A stretch of DNA of 64,000 bases from Malacoraja senta (Eukaryota). Shown piece after piece: positions 1-13,368 of this stretch. The DNA lies in assembly GCA_038087875.1 (NCBI GenBank), contig CM075992.1:2544001-2608000 (forward strand), written 5' to 3'. Position numbers and translations under genes: made by a program. Below the pieces are notes generated by a model. That model saw only the letters and a list, made by a program, of their open reading frames with translations. It searched no databases and was not told where the DNA came from. Position 1 is the first letter of the stretch. Each line of letters starts with the position of its first letter.

Positions 1-329
1 TCTGGAGAAAAGGAATGGGTGACGTTTCCTTCAAACTGTGAGTCAGGGGAAAGGGAAATAAGAGTTGTAGACGGTGACATAGAGAGAGATAGAGCAAATG
101 AATGTAAGATATGCAAAAAAGTAACCATGATCAAGGAAAGGTGGAGTTCACAATGGTCCATTGTTGGTTGTGGGCTAGGTGATGAGTTATCCAGACCATG
201 AAACTATAACGTGTTATACAGACATTGAAACCTGACTGATATCTGCCAGGATAAACTGGTTATCAATATATTTATGTTCTCAGGCTTGGAAGGGTTGTTA
301 ATTTTATATCCCAACAAACATTTACAAGG

Positions 330-554
330 TACACAAAAATGCTGGAGAAACTCAGCGGGTGCAGCAGCATCTATAGAGCGAAGGAAATAGGCAACGTTTC
401 GGGCCGAAACCCTTCTTCAGACTGCTGAATCTGAAGAAGGGTTTCGGCCCGAAACGTTGCCTATTTCCTTCGCTCTATAGATGCTGCTGCACCCGCTGAG
501 TTTCTCCAGCTTTTTTGTGTACCTTCGATTTTCCAGCATCTGCAGTTCCTTCTT
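330..554. mobile_element. Fold-back Penelope-terminus insertion, family A (representative; others near 7754, 17905, 24565, 47134, 50319, 63375)
   Basis: ~90-bp inverted arms, each with CTGAAGAAGGGTTTCGGCCCGAAACGTT; TSD aaacatttacaagg at 316-329 and 555-568. Confidence 0.8.
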
Positions 555-801
555 AAACATTTACAAGGAATGGTTTCAACCACAAACTGTTGACATCAGC
601 ACAGTTTCTGCATTTGGTCAAGGTGACCAACTTTCATCTCAGCTGCTGCATTATCCTCTAGCATGCCTTGCAACAAAAGATCCCCAGGTGCTCTCAGAAA
701 GTCAGTACATGAACCGGTAGATCAGAGAGGTGCCACGGGCATAGTGTACATGTTGACTGTGGAGACTGGTGGCTGTTTGACGGTTCTGTCATCCCTTGCA
801 G

Positions 802-845
802 ATCCTGCCGTGCTGAAACAATATCCTGAAGATTACAATGACCAG
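802..845 (+). CDS. DENND1C: DENN domain-containing protein 1C (connecdenn 3), first coding exon seen in window; upstream exons are outside the window
   Basis: cag|...|gtaag boundaries; (D)PAVLKQYPEDYNDQ resembles DENND1 uDENN 'DP.V..QFPEDY.DQ'. Confidence 0.88.
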
Positions 846-2381
846 GTAAGCTGCATCTTCTATCTGGCTCTGTGGTTCATTGATCCTCATTGATGGTTGT
901 GAATTGGTTAGTGATTGAGCTCTGGCCATGTCCAGGCATGAGTGGGCATCGAAGGATTCTGCTTCCCAATTTACCAACACAAAAACAGGTTATCCAGTGC
1001 AAGTGATCTATCCATCTGCACATGCTCCATTTAACCTGCCTCCCATTGTCTGTCAACTTGTACTATATTCCTGTCAGATGCTCCATTCCAGTTTTAGCTA
1101 TTTACCTCCACTCCTCTTTTTGAAGCACATTCCACATTCTTACCACTCACTGGGTTCATAATTTATAGGAGCAGAATTTGGCCATAAGGCCCATGAAGTC
1201 TACCCCACCATTCAATCATAGCTGATCTATCTTTCCCCCAACCCCATTCTCCTGTCTTCTCCCCATAACCCCTGACACCCACACTAATCAAGAATCTGTC
1301 AATCTCTGCCTTAAAAATATCCATTGACTTGACCTCCACAGCCTTCTGTGACAATGAATTCCATAGATTCGCCACCCTCTGTCTCAAGAAATTCCTCCTA
1401 ATCTACTTTCTAATGGTAAATACATTTTTCACGACTTCCCGATGGATTTTGAATGAATGAATGAATGAATATGTTTATTGGCCAAGTATTCACATACAAG
1501 GAATTTGCCTTGGTGCTCTGCCCACAGGTGCCCGAATTTATATTTATAGCCAAACATTTTGGAATTTCCCACAGAAATATCTCTACATGAACTCTGTCAA
1601 AAAACTGCTACCTAATCTTAAAGACTCAGGTTACCTCTCAAAATTCCTTTTTTTTCCCCAGTGAAATTAACCCAGTGGCACATTCATGGTTTTTACTTTG
1701 AACTCCGATTAAATGAGGGAGTTATATTTAAGTGTGCATTTACACTTGTTTGTGGGATGATTATTTGGATCACAATAATGGTCAATGTTCCAATGGATAT
1801 TTATTGTCACCTACCACAACCACAAATGTACAGTTGCCAAAATTTGGAGCCTTTAAATGCAAACTGAATGCAAAACCTTTTTTTTATTAGTTTGTGAATG
1901 AATCTCTTTGTCAGGTTTACAATTGAAAAATGACTATTTCTCCCAACAGCAACCATCCAATGCTGAGTTTATACCTGCTGACTCCGATTAGAAACCGCCC
2001 TTCCCAACCTCCCCATTACTTTGCACCACCAACAAATTGCAAATTAAAGGGAGGAATCTCAGTTTCCAATGGCATAGATAACCCTGCACAAACTCCTGCA
2101 AAATCCATAGGAAGAATGGGAATCAAGCACGTCTTTTCTAACTACATGTCTCAATGATGCACTAGACAGTGGCCCTTAATAAGATATCCCACCCATCATT
2201 GTAGATCGAGTCTGAAGAAGGGTTTCGACCCGAAACGTCACCCATTCCTTCTCTCCAGAGATGCTGCCTGTCCCGCTGAGTTACTCCAGCATTTTGTGTC
2301 TATCTTCGGTTTAGACCAACATCTGCAGTTCCTTCCTAAGCAATTACTTTGCCATCTAAATACCTATTTCTCATTTCACAG

Positions 2382-2431
2382 GAATCTTTGCAGAGCCTGC
2401 CGAAGTTCTGCTTCCCGTTTGACATGGAAAG
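2382..2431 (+). CDS. DENND1C: DENND1C coding exon
   Basis: cag|GAA...AG|gtaag; ESLQSLPKFCFPFDME(R), the uDENN 'PKFCFPF' motif. Confidence 0.93.
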
Positions 2432-3479
2432 GTAAGAATCTATCCATGGCTTTTGGAGTGAATGCCTGAACTACTCTTCCTATTGTTGACTATGGGGACC
2501 TCAGATGAATCTGAAGAAGGGTTTCGGCCCGAAACGTTGCCTATTTCCTTCGCTCCATAGATGCTGCTGCACCCGTTGAGTTTCTCCAGTACTTTTGTCT
2601 ACCTGTCGGACCTCAGATGAAGTCAGTTTGAAAGGCTGGGTCCCAATCAATGCCTGGAGGTAGAATTCCACAATCAGGCCCCATCAGGGCTTGATTTATT
2701 CTCAAATTTAGCCATTTTAACTCTCCACACTTTTAAGTGTGGATGTAATTTTGTTACTTTAACCCAAAATGGTTTTCAGTGTTGGTGACCTTTCAGGCAG
2801 TATCAAAGCCATAAACAAACTATCATTAGAGGAAAGGTGGAGAATGAGGGGAAATGATGGAGGCAAGATGAAGGAACAAGGTGAGTGTGTAAAGGGGCAG
2901 GGGAGTTGTGAGAGGAAGTGTACAGGACAGGCAAGTGAGCAAGAGGGAGATAGATAATAGTGAGGGGAAGGACCAAAGAGAGGATGGGAGATTGAGAAGA
3001 TCTCTGCGGTATTATCGAAGCATTAAATGTTCTCCACATGGAGTACTGGGACAGTGACCATTACATATTAATGGCATATATATTTGAAGCAGAGGGAGAT
3101 ACAGGGCAGTGGGCTGTGATTGGGACAATGTGACTACTTTCAGATTGCGCTATAGCAAAGATTTGACATACTCATGATTGACCGAGTGTGTTCCTAACTC
3201 TGCTGCAAGCAAACTTATAATTACTTAGCTAGAAGGCAGGCACTGATGAAGTGAGTGTGGAAGTAAATACTGGTGTAAAGTGGGTGGTTCAGGCAGTTTG
3301 TGCGACTTGTTTCATTCTACATCTAACTTGGGCAAATTAAGAATGTTTGATGTCAACATTTGAAACATGTTTTAATCTTCACGAAACCCTCTGCTGAATC
3401 GCTTATTGGATTACAGTTACTCTGGTTTACCAAGTTGACCTTTGATGACTGAACTACAAATTCTGCTTCTGTTTGGCAG

Positions 3480-3599
3480 GGAGTGGGAAAGTTCCACCGT
3501 CCAGCAGTTCACGTTCGTGCTGACAGATATAGACGGCTATCAGCGGTTTGGTTTTTGCCGCTTGACCAGCGGATCGAAGACCTGCATCTGCATCCTCAG
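3480..3599 (+). CDS. DENND1C: DENND1C coding exon
   Basis: Phase-compatible 120-nt exon [40 protein letters not shown] with the DENN 'FTFVLTD...RFGFCR' motif. Confidence 0.95.
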
Positions 3600-4535
3600 G
3601 TAGGATGGGAAGATGGACACAGAACTTCAATTATTTATTCAAACAAACCTTATTTAATTCAGAGATCCAAATGGAAATGGGCCCATCAGCCCACCTAGTC
3701 CACGCTAACTATCGATCACCCGTTCAAGTCAAGTCACTTTTATTTATATAGCACATTTACAAAGCAACTCTCGTTGGCCAAAGTGCTTTACATTGGTATA
3801 AGAATAGTATAACAAACAACAGTGGTTCATAGATTAAATACAAACATCACTAAATACAAACATCACACTAGTTCTACATTATCGCACTTTCTCATCTACT
3901 TCCTACACACTAGTAACTCAGCGGGACAGGCAGCATCTCGGGAGAGAAGGGATAGGTGACTTTTCGGGTCGAGCAATCCGAAGAAGGGTCTCGACCCGAA
4001 ACGTCACCCATTCCTTCTCTCCAGATTTGCTGCCTGTCCCGCTGAGTTACTCCAGCATTTTACGTCTATCTTCCCTTCACACACGGGGCAATTTACAGGG
4101 GGTCAATCAACCTACAAACCCACACATCTCTGGAACGTGGGAGGAAACTGGAGCACCCGGAGGAAACCCACGGGACCACAGTGAAAACGTGCAAGCTCCA
4201 CACCGATAGCACCCGAGGTCAGGATCGAACCTGGGTCGCTGACACTGATAAGGCATCAGCTCTACCAGCTGTGGCTGCCCCTGTGGTTCCCCAAAAAATA
4301 TTTCTGGAAAATAGCAAAACAAATATTTAATTGTCTTTTTCTCAAATAACTGCTCTTCACACCTCCACCTGTTGGTGAGACTCCACAATACCAACGATCC
4401 TTCCCCCAAAAAACTCTCCAGAGTTGCTGCCTGTCCCGCTGAGTTACTCCAACATTTTGTGTCTACCCCTGACATCACATGTTCATTTCTTTATATATCA
4501 GCATTTTCTTTCCATTGTTGTTATTTGTCTTCTAG

Positions 4536-4605
4536 TTTCCTGCCCTGGTTTGAAGTTTTCTACAAACTCCTAAACAATATAGCTGACTACTTGGCAAAAG
4601 GGCAG
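4536..4605 (+). CDS. DENND1C: DENND1C coding exon
   Basis: tag|...|gtaaa; FLPWFEVFYKLLNNIADYLAKGQ. Confidence 0.95.
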
Positions 4606-7600
4606 GTAAATATTACAGTACTATATTAATCTTGTTTCCAAACATAAGTAAATGTCATCCTATAACATGCATCTGCGGCCTGATATAGATTTTTACAAAG
4701 TTTGTAAAATTAGATTGATTTTACAGATCTCAATACTTACCAAGGACCAATAAAGTGCGCCATCAAATACCCCAGGCAGGAACAATACAAGTTAGACGCA
4801 GAGTAAACTCCCTCTACCATGTACATTGTAACACTCTCCCGACAAGAACAGCAGGAGTAACAGAGTTCAGGTATCTCTTTACTATCCTGTCAAACATACT
4901 CGGGTACAGCACCAGTCATATAAGGTGTACAGTTTCTTTGGCATTGTCCCAGCTCACACTCCCTGGGCGAGAACTACACTTCTTGCAGGGTCTCAACCCG
5001 AAACATCACCCATTCCTTCTCTCCAGAGATGCTGCCTGTCCCGCTGAGTTACTCCAGCATTTTGTGTCTATCTTCGATTTAAACCAGCATCTGCAGTTCT
5101 TTCCTGTACAAGATCTACACTTGTTGAGTCAATTGGAAGCACCTGCATCTAGTAAGTGTGAAATCACTGCAATGCAGAGTGTGGCAAACGTGGAGCAGGA
5201 GGGAGAGAGAAAATCTCCTATCCAGTTACTTTTGTTGGTAAGAAAGAGGAGAAAAGGAGCTTTTGCAACCAAAATGGAGAACACATTATGATACTGTAAG
5301 GTTAGTAACTGTGTAAAGAAAGGTCAACAGGCTTGAAGAAGATGCTATAATATCCTGAGATGGTGGTTGCCTAACTCTAAAGGGAAGCTATTCTGGTTAC
5401 ATCTTGCCCGCATGTAAACTCCCTCCCTGACCAGGCCTATGTCAGCTGGAACTGTCTAGTTAATGATGATTTTTATATCTCAGGAGGAAAGCCCCTCCAG
5501 CAGCATGACCATTAGCTATGTACTGTCCACTGATGCAAGATCACAAGTTATAGGAGTAGAATTAGGCCATTCGGCCCATTGAGTCTACTCCGCCATTCAA
5601 TCATGGCTGATCTCGACCTCCCAATCTTGCCTTGTCCTCATAACCCTTGACACCTGTTCTAATCAAGAATTTGTCTATCTCTACTGTAAAAATATCCACT
5701 AACGGCCTCCACAGCCCTCTGTGGCAGAGTTCCACAGATTAACCACTCTCTGACTAAAGAAGTTCCTCCTCACCTCCTTTCTAAAAGAGCGCCCTTTAAT
5801 TCTGAGCCTATAACCTCTGGTCCTAGACTCTCCCACCAGTAGAAACATCCTTTCCACTCTATCATTGTCTTTCATTATTCTGTAAGTTTCAATGAGGTCC
5901 CCGCTCAACCTTCTATACTCGTAGGCATACCAAGAGACAACCTTTAAACTTAAACTAAACCTATGTTGGAACTGAAATTTGGTTTGATCCTGACCTCGGG
6001 TGCTGTCTGTACGGAGTTTGTTTGTTCTTCCTGTGACCACGTGTGTTTTCCCCAGGTGTTCTTGTTTCCTTCCACACATCAAAGATGTGTGGGTGTGTAG
6101 GTTAATTGGCTTTGGTAAAATTGTCCCTAGTGTGTAGGATAGTGTTAGTGTACAAGGTGATCGTTGGTCAACGCAGACTAAGTGGGCCGAAGGGCATGTT
6201 TCTGCGCTGAGTCTCTAAAGTGTAAAGCAAAGTCTGAGCTGATCCTCCTCTGCCAGAATTGCCCATCAGATCCTGACTCCAGGATCCATTCCAACATGAC
6301 TTAAACCATCCTCGAGAATGTCTTTTATCCCATTCCACACATTGCAGAGGGATTTCATTCAGATTCCACTCCCCCTACTTCCTTATCTTTATCCTTGCCA
6401 CGGGCCCTCTGGTGGGGAGGTGGATTACTGCAGAGTTGAGCTTAAAATCGGAACAATAATGGTATTAAACAGTGAAGACCAGAAACTTGCTCCTCCACTT
6501 CTTTTCTATGCTTGTGTGCAAAGGAATTAGAGATGTCTTTTTATGAGAGCCTGCTTTGCATTTGGAACATCAAGTAATAGAGTACGTTGGATTTAAGGGC
6601 TTTCAGGCATCAATTTGCATTGCTTGAGAGGGTTGGCATTTCAAATACATCGAATATATGAGGTTTCAGCACCTCTCTGAAGCACTGGCCACACTATGGC
6701 CGCATGTACCTGATGTTTGGACACCTGGTAAGAGATGGGCCCACTGAAGGAACTCCTCATTAGTTTGTTCCTGGGCCTGTCTAAGCTGGCTGTTCCCAGT
6801 AGAAATAAGGAACTGTAGATGCTGGTTTAAACCAAAGGGGCACACACACACATACAGTGCTGAAGTAACTCAACGGGTCAGGCATCATCTCTGGAGAAAA
6901 AGGATGGGTGACATTTTGAGTCGTAACCCTTCGTCAGACCTGAAGAGGGGCCCCGACCCAACCCATTTCACATTCCTTTTTCTCCAGCAATGCTGTCTGA
7001 CCCAGTGAGTTACTCTAGCATTTTGTGTCTACCTGTGGCCATTCCCATTTCTAGGCTGTTAGAGTGGGCAGTCAGTCCCTGCTGCGAGCCTGCCTATTTT
7101 CCAAGGTTATGTCCAACTATATATATGCCTCTGGGGTGAGACTAGGCAAGTGTCTGGCTGGTGAGCAGAGTGTGGGTTGTTGCAGAATAAAACCATCTCC
7201 ACCCTGTGGGTTTACTCCAGATGCTCCAGTTTCCTCTTGCATTTCAAAGACATGTGGGTTTGTGGGTTAATTAGTCATAGAGTGATACAGTGTGGAAACA
7301 GGCCGTTCGGCCCAACTTGCCCACACCGGCCAACATGTCCCAGCTACACTAGTCCCATCTGCCTGTGTTTGGTCCATATCCCTTCAAACCTGTCCTATCC
7401 ATCCAATTGACCCTCTATAAATTGTTCCTAGTGTTTAGGTAATGGATGAGAAAGTGGGAAAACAAAGAACTAGTGTGAGCGGGTGATCAATGGTGGACTA
7501 AAGGGCCTGTTTACGTACCTGCTGTATCTCTAAACTAAACTAAATGTTTCACATGGATCAGGATGACATTTCCATTTTTAATTATTTCAGCCTGTGTTTG

Positions 7601-8233
7601 CTTTGATGAAGTTTAGATTTTTTTGATTAGAGACACAACACAGAAACGGGCCATTCGGCCCACTGAGTCGGTGCCAACCAGCAATCACCCCATACACTAG
7701 CACCATCCTAGGGACATTTTTTACAATTAGAACCCAATTAACCTACAAACCTGTTCAAGAAGGAACTGCAGATGCTGGAAAATCGAAGGTAGACAAAAGT
7801 GCTGGAGAAACTCAGCGGGTGCAGCAGCATCTATGGAGCAAAGGAAATAGGCAACATTTCGGGTCGAAACCCTTCTTCAGAATTCCTTCTTCTGAAGAAG
7901 GGTTTCGACCCGAAACGTCGCCTATTTCCTTCGCTCCATAGATGCTGCCTCACCCGCTGAGTTTCTCCAGCATTTTGGTCTAACCTACAAACCAGTATGT
8001 CTTTGGAGTGTGGAAGGAAAGTGGAGCACCCGGGGAAAACCCACTTGGTCACTGCGAGCACATATAAACTCTGTATAGACAGCAGCCGTCATCAGGATGG
8101 AAGCTGGGTCTCTGGTGCTGTAAGGCAGCAACTCTACCGGTGTGCTGCCATGCCATGTTTAGGTGCTTGCTCCGTGTTTAGACTGCATAACCCCACTAGG
8201 CTTGAAATATGATATGCCTTTTTGTTCCTGCAG

Positions 8234-8314
8234 GACGTCGAGATGAAAGAGCTCCTGAGAGTTCTGTACACCCAGCCACCACCCCAGTCAGGCTCTCCAC
8301 TCAATCTTGAATTT
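8234..8314 (+). CDS. DENND1C: DENND1C coding exon
   Basis: cag|GAC...TTT|gtaagt; DVEMKELLRVLYTQPPPQSGSPLNLEF; phase 0/0. Confidence 0.85.
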
Positions 8315-8774
8315 GTAAGTTAAAATGAATAAAGCTGCATTGATCCCTTTAGCTGATTCTTCCCTCTCACAGCCTCCGAGTATCCCAAATGCTTTGTGTC
8401 CAATAACACATACATGCCCAATTTCTGCTCCCAGACAAATCCCAAGAAGTAAACGGATCACCAAGGGCACATTGAATTTGCAAGATTAACTTGCCCAACA
8501 TAGATGATAAATCCCAGGTGGTAAGCACACCTGAAATAGGTTGAAAGACATTTGGACAGGTACATGGATAGTTAAAAGTTTAGTGTGATATGTGCCAAAT
8601 ACACGCAAGTGTGCCTAGCTCGTCGACATTTTGGCTGGCATGGATGAGTTGGGCCGAAAGGCCTGTTTCTGTGCTGTATAAATTTACCGAACAATGATTC
8701 TATGATCCACAGATGTGGTTGGCAATAAATGGCCTCCTTAGTTTGCATGCAATGATACAACAAATGTTTGCTTT

Positions 8775-9069
8775 TAGTTTAGTTTAGAAATGCAGCACGG
8801 AAACAAGCCCTTCAGACCACACTGACCATCAAATCCCGCACACTAGCACCATCCTACACTCTACGGACAATTTACAATTTTTACCCAGCCAATTAGCATA
8901 TAAACCTGTACGTCTTTAGAGTGTGGGAGGCAACCCCAGTGCCTGGAAAAAACCCACGCAGGTCAGGGGAGAACGTACAAACTCCGTACAGCCAGGACCC
9001 ATAGTCAGGATCAAACCCGAGTCTCTGGCGCAGTAAGGCAGCAACTCTACCGCTGCGCCACCGCGCTGC
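8775..9069 (-). mobile_element. tRNA-derived V-SINE (HE1-like); other minus copies at about 4070-4278, 7610-8152, 51818-52119, 52720-52914
   Basis: A/B-box-like head GGTGGCGCAGCGGTAGAG...GGGTTYGATCC, central tgtacggagtttgtacgttctcccc domain, (ctaaa)n tail. Confidence 0.8.
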
Positions 9070-9367
9070 CCTACAAGATGTCTACATCCCATGAACATTG
9101 TGGCCATGGGATCTTGTGCATCTGCCTGAGATAGCACTTGTCTGATCATCACACCTGAAACAGCACAGCACACTCCTGCTGGAGTATCTCAGCGGGGCAG
9201 GCAGCATCTCTGGAGAGAAGGAATGGGTGACGCTCCGGGTCGAGACCCTTCTTCAGACCCGAAACGTGACCCATTTCTTCTCTTCAGAGATGCTGCCTGT
9301 CCCGCTGAGTTACTCCAGCTTTTTGTGTCTATCTTCGGTTTAAACCAGCATCTGCAGTTCCTTCTTA

Positions 9368-9667
9368 AGGGGCTGTCCCACTGTACGAGCTAATTCAAGA
9401 GCTCTCCCGAGCTTTTAAAAAAAATCAAACTCGTGGTAAGCACGTGGAATGTACGTCGCGGGCACGTCGGAGCTCGGGGCGTCTCTTAGCGGCTCGTAAC
9501 GCTAACGGCAGGTACTCTGGAAACGCGGTAAGCTCGGGAAGACTCGTGAACATGTTGAAAAATGTCCACGAGAGCCCTACAAGCGGCCATTACCATAATT
9601 CTCCGAGTTCGAATCAGGGGAATCTCGGGAGAACTCTTGAATTAGCTCGTACAGTGGGACAGCCCCA
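9368..9667. mobile_element. PIF/Harbinger-type MITE
   Basis: TIR (a)ggggctgtcccactgtacgagctaattcaagag; TTA TSD; nested in a family-B repeat. Confidence 0.8.
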
Positions 9668-9865
9668 TTACACACTCCTGCAGGATTATATGCTCAAGTC
9701 TCTGGAGTTTGCTTGAATGGACAACTGATTAAAACAGTGCCACCTACTGAGTCATTGCTGAGAACAAGAAATGGCAAAATATTTCAGAGTACAAAAATGC
9801 TAAAATGTAAGGTTGTAATGTGATATTTCAGAATGAACAATAATCACACGATACTGTCTCACAAG

Positions 9866-9940
9866 GCCCAACAGCTGGGAATTACGACGGAACGATCTCT
9901 GAAAGATGTGAAGAGGGATATCAGTAGTGGTATGCCACTG
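9866..9940 (+). CDS. DENND1C: Candidate DENND1C (cassette) exon
   Basis: ctgtctcacaag|GCC...CTG|gtgagt; 75 nt, phase 0/0, AQQLGITTERSLKDVKRDISSGMPL; acceptor uncertain (alternative cag at 9872-9874). Confidence 0.55.
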
Positions 9941-10543
9941 GTGAGTCGGGCAAAACCCGATGACCAACACCACTGTACTGGCACTGACCAGATTAACCCA
10001 ATAACCAAATGTGTCTAACCCCACACCTGCATGCTGACCAAATTAACTAGCAACCTGTGCCACTGCTGGTTGCAGACTAACCTATTCTTTAACTGCAGTG
10101 TGAATAGATTGTTAACCAACCTTTATCAACAAGGGTTAGCACCTAGTACAAGTAGTTTGCAGGATGTTTACTCTACAATTAGGCCTTTATAATCCTAAAC
10201 GTGGATTCTTGCTGACTGTAGAAATCACCTGGAGAGGTGTAGGAAGGAACTGCAGATGCTGCTTTGCACCGAAGATAGACACAAAATGCTGGAGTAACTC
10301 AGCCGGGACAGGGAGCATCTCTGGAGAGAAGGAATGGGTGACGTTTCGGGTCGAGATCCTTCTTCAGACTGAGCTCGACCCGAAACATCACCCATTCCAT
10401 CTCTCCAGAGACGCTGCCTGACCAGTGAGTTACTCCAACATTTTGGGTCTATCACCTGGAGAGGTGATGCGCTGGTACAGCTGCTCTCCTGCAACAGACA
10501 GGTTCAGGAAGAACATTTCACACCGGGCGCTGTGGATCATATT

Positions 10544-10862
10544 AGTTTAATTTAGTTTCTTGTCACCTGTACCGAGGTACAGTGAAAAGCTTTTTGTTGC
10601 GTGCTAACCAGTCAGCAGAAAGACAATACATGATTACAATCGAGCCATTCACAGTGTGCAGATACATGATAAGGGAATAACGTTTAGTGCAAGGTAAACC
10701 CAGTGATGTCCGATCAAAGATAGTCCGAGGGTCTCCGAATGAGGTGGATAGTAGTTGAGGATTGCTGTCTAGTTGTGGTAGGATGGTTCAGTTGCCTGAT
10801 AACAACTGGGAAGAAACTGTCCCTGAATCTGGAGCCATGTGCTATCACACTTCTGTACCTTT
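10544..10862 (-). repeat. Dispersed LINE-3'-end-like repeat (copies at about 12809, 16001, 29406, 42230, 45201, 53060, 60600-61270, 61800)
   Basis: Shared gtaccgaggtacagtgaaaagc...gcgtgctaaccagtcagc core with an aataaac(t/g)aaact tail; clade not determined. Confidence 0.6.
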
Positions 10863-11684
10863 TGGACTGTGGGCTAGATTGCTCACCATGGATCAGGTTG
10901 AGAAACCATATCCCGGCACTCCGATCCTCAAGCCTAATCCCCCAATTGCAGCAGAAGGGAGAGCAGAGCCACGACTGATGACTGTGTGGGAAGAAACTGC
11001 AGATGCTGGTTTACACTGAAGATAGACACAAAAGGCTGGAGCATTTCTCCAGAGATGCTGCCTGACCCGCTGAGTTACTCCAACATTTTGTGTCTATTCG
11101 CCACTGAAGACTACTTGTTGTAGTCTGAAGTAGGGTCCAGACCCCAAACATCACCGATCCATTTTCTCCAGAGATGCTGCCTGACCTGCTGAGTTACTCC
11201 AGCACTTTGTGCCTATCTTTGGCATAAACCAGCATCTGCAGTTCCATGCTATTACTACTTGCTATTACTGCTGTAAGTTGATAGATGCAGAGGTCCCTTT
11301 GAGCAGACCAATGCACCCACACTGCAGTGAAGTGATCAGCCTCGCATGGTTTAACATCCCCCACCCCCCCGGGGGAAATAAAGGAGACAAAGAGAAAATG
11401 GAGGAAGAGAAAAGGATAAGAAAAGAGAGAGGGGTTGGGTAAAAAGGGAAAGGATAGAAGAATGAAAGAAATGCACCATTTTAATTACAATAACTAAACG
11501 TTGATAATTTCAATCTCGTTGCTTTTCCATCTCTGTTCATCACCTTGATGTATGTCAATCTTGTCATGGTTGGAGGATGAGCCTTCTATTGTTGATTAAT
11601 TTTCAGTGTAATCACTGGCGTAAGAACTGACTCTGCAATCTGCAATCTTTATAATGATGTGACTTGTATCTCCTCTTTCCCCAG

Positions 11685-11738
11685 CTTTCTTATTTTATTG
11701 CCCCCGACGTCAACAGCTTGCCAACGATACCGGAGAGT
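11685..11738 (+). CDS. DENND1C: DENND1C coding exon
   Basis: cccag|...|gtgagt; LSYFIAPDVNSLPTIPES. Confidence 0.95.
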
Positions 11739-12661
11739 GTGAGTTATTACTGGGTGTGTGTGTGGGTGGGGACTGAGGGGAGGAGGGCAGGAGTGCTGCT
11801 TCTAGACTGGGTGGTCGATCCATGGATCCATGCTAACACTTTGTGGGCCCGCTGGCCATTTTAGTTCGTCCACGTTTAGCAAACTCCTGTCAGGAGACGG
11901 CTTATTTACTGATTTGGGTCTTTCTTTCTTTCTCCTCCAACCCCACTGAAGAAACTTGTAACCAATTACGGGTACGCTGTCACTTCTATCACTTTGATCC
12001 CCCTCTCCCTGCGGGGATTTTCACCAGGTGCTTCTGTTCTCTCCCACGCTCAGGAGACATACAGGATTGTAGGCTAATTGGCTTGGTATCAATATAAATT
12101 TAGAACGGAGACGAGGAAACACTTTTTCTCGCAGAGAGTTGTGAGTCTGTGGAATTCTCTTCCTCAGAGGGCGGTGGAGGCCGGTTCTCTTTCAAGAGAG
12201 AGCTAGATAGAGCTCTTAAAGATAGCGGAGTCAGGGGATATGGGGAGAAGGCAGGAACGGGGTACTGATTGGGGATGATCAGCCATGATCACATTGAATG
12301 GCGATGCTGGCTTGAAGGGCCGAATAGCCTACTCCTGCACCTATTGTCTATTGTCTATTGTCTCTCGTGTGTGTAGGATAGTGTAAAGGTGTGGAGATCG
12401 CTGGGCAGCATGAACTCAGTGGGCCAAAGGGCCTGTTTCCGCGTTGTATCTCTAAACTAAACTAAATATTGGGATTCAATGATGTAGCACTGAGGGTGGA
12501 GGATTTTGTCAGTTGAAATTGTAGTGAGAAAGGGGTGGGATGATGTGGAGGAAAAGGTTTATTCCAACACTGAGAAATGATTCTACACATGGTCGACGGC
12601 AATTGTATTATTAACATTCTGTATATGTTTGCACTGTGTGTAAACATTCTGTGTGTTACAG

Positions 12662-12772
12662 AGGAACCTGACAGAATACGTGGTTGCTGTTGATGTGAAC
12701 AGCATGCTGCATCTCTTCGCCAGCATGCTGCATGAGAGACGCATTATCATCACTTGCAGTAAACTGAGTACG
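12662..12772 (+). CDS. DENND1C: DENND1C coding exon
   Basis: cag|...|gtatgt; RNLTEYVVAVDVNSMLHLFASMLHERRIIITCSKLST (core DENN). Confidence 0.95.
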
Positions 12773-12943
12773 GTATGTGCCGGGCGCAGTGGGGTGGGAA
12801 GCAAGTCCAGTGTAGTGTAGTTCGTCACGTGGACCAAGGTACAATGAAAAGCTTTGCTTGCATGTTAACCAGTCAGCGAAAAGGCAATACATGATTACAA
12901 TCAAACCATCCACAATGTAACAGATACAGGATAAAGGGAATAA

Positions 12944-13368
12944 AGGGCCTGTCCCACTTTCACGACTTAACTCAAAACCTCTGCCGTGTTTAAAGGACCT
13001 AAAAAAAAAAATCAAGATCGTGGTAATCTACGAACTCCTACGACCTTCCACGACTATGTTCACAAACTCCTACGAGTATGTCTACGAATTCCCACGACTA
13101 TTTCGATGCCCTCCTTACGAGTAAAAAGTTGCAATTTCTTTCATCCCGACCATTTTTTTACTCGTGGACATTTTTTTTATCGGGCTGGAAAAAACGTCCT
13201 GACTTACCTGATGCCACGAGTACCTACGGCTGGCGTAACGAGCCGCTACGATATATCTACGAACTCCTACCACCTCCTACGGACTCGTTACAAACATTCT
13301 GCGAGTTTGAATCAAGGGGAAAACTCTGGAGAATTCGTGAATTACCTCGTGAAAGTGGGTCAGGCCCT
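12944..13368. mobile_element. PIF/Harbinger-type MITE (related partial copy at about 13690-13838)
   Basis: TIR agggcctgtcccactttcacg / cgtgaaagtgggtcaggccct; TAA TSD splits a host repeat. Confidence 0.82.

Noticed and set aside
4755..5291. 178-aa ORF and many others containing 'LLSRDAACPAELLQHF' or 'DTKCWSNSAGQAAS'
   Set aside because: Read-through of the non-coding mini-element repeat; no gene structure
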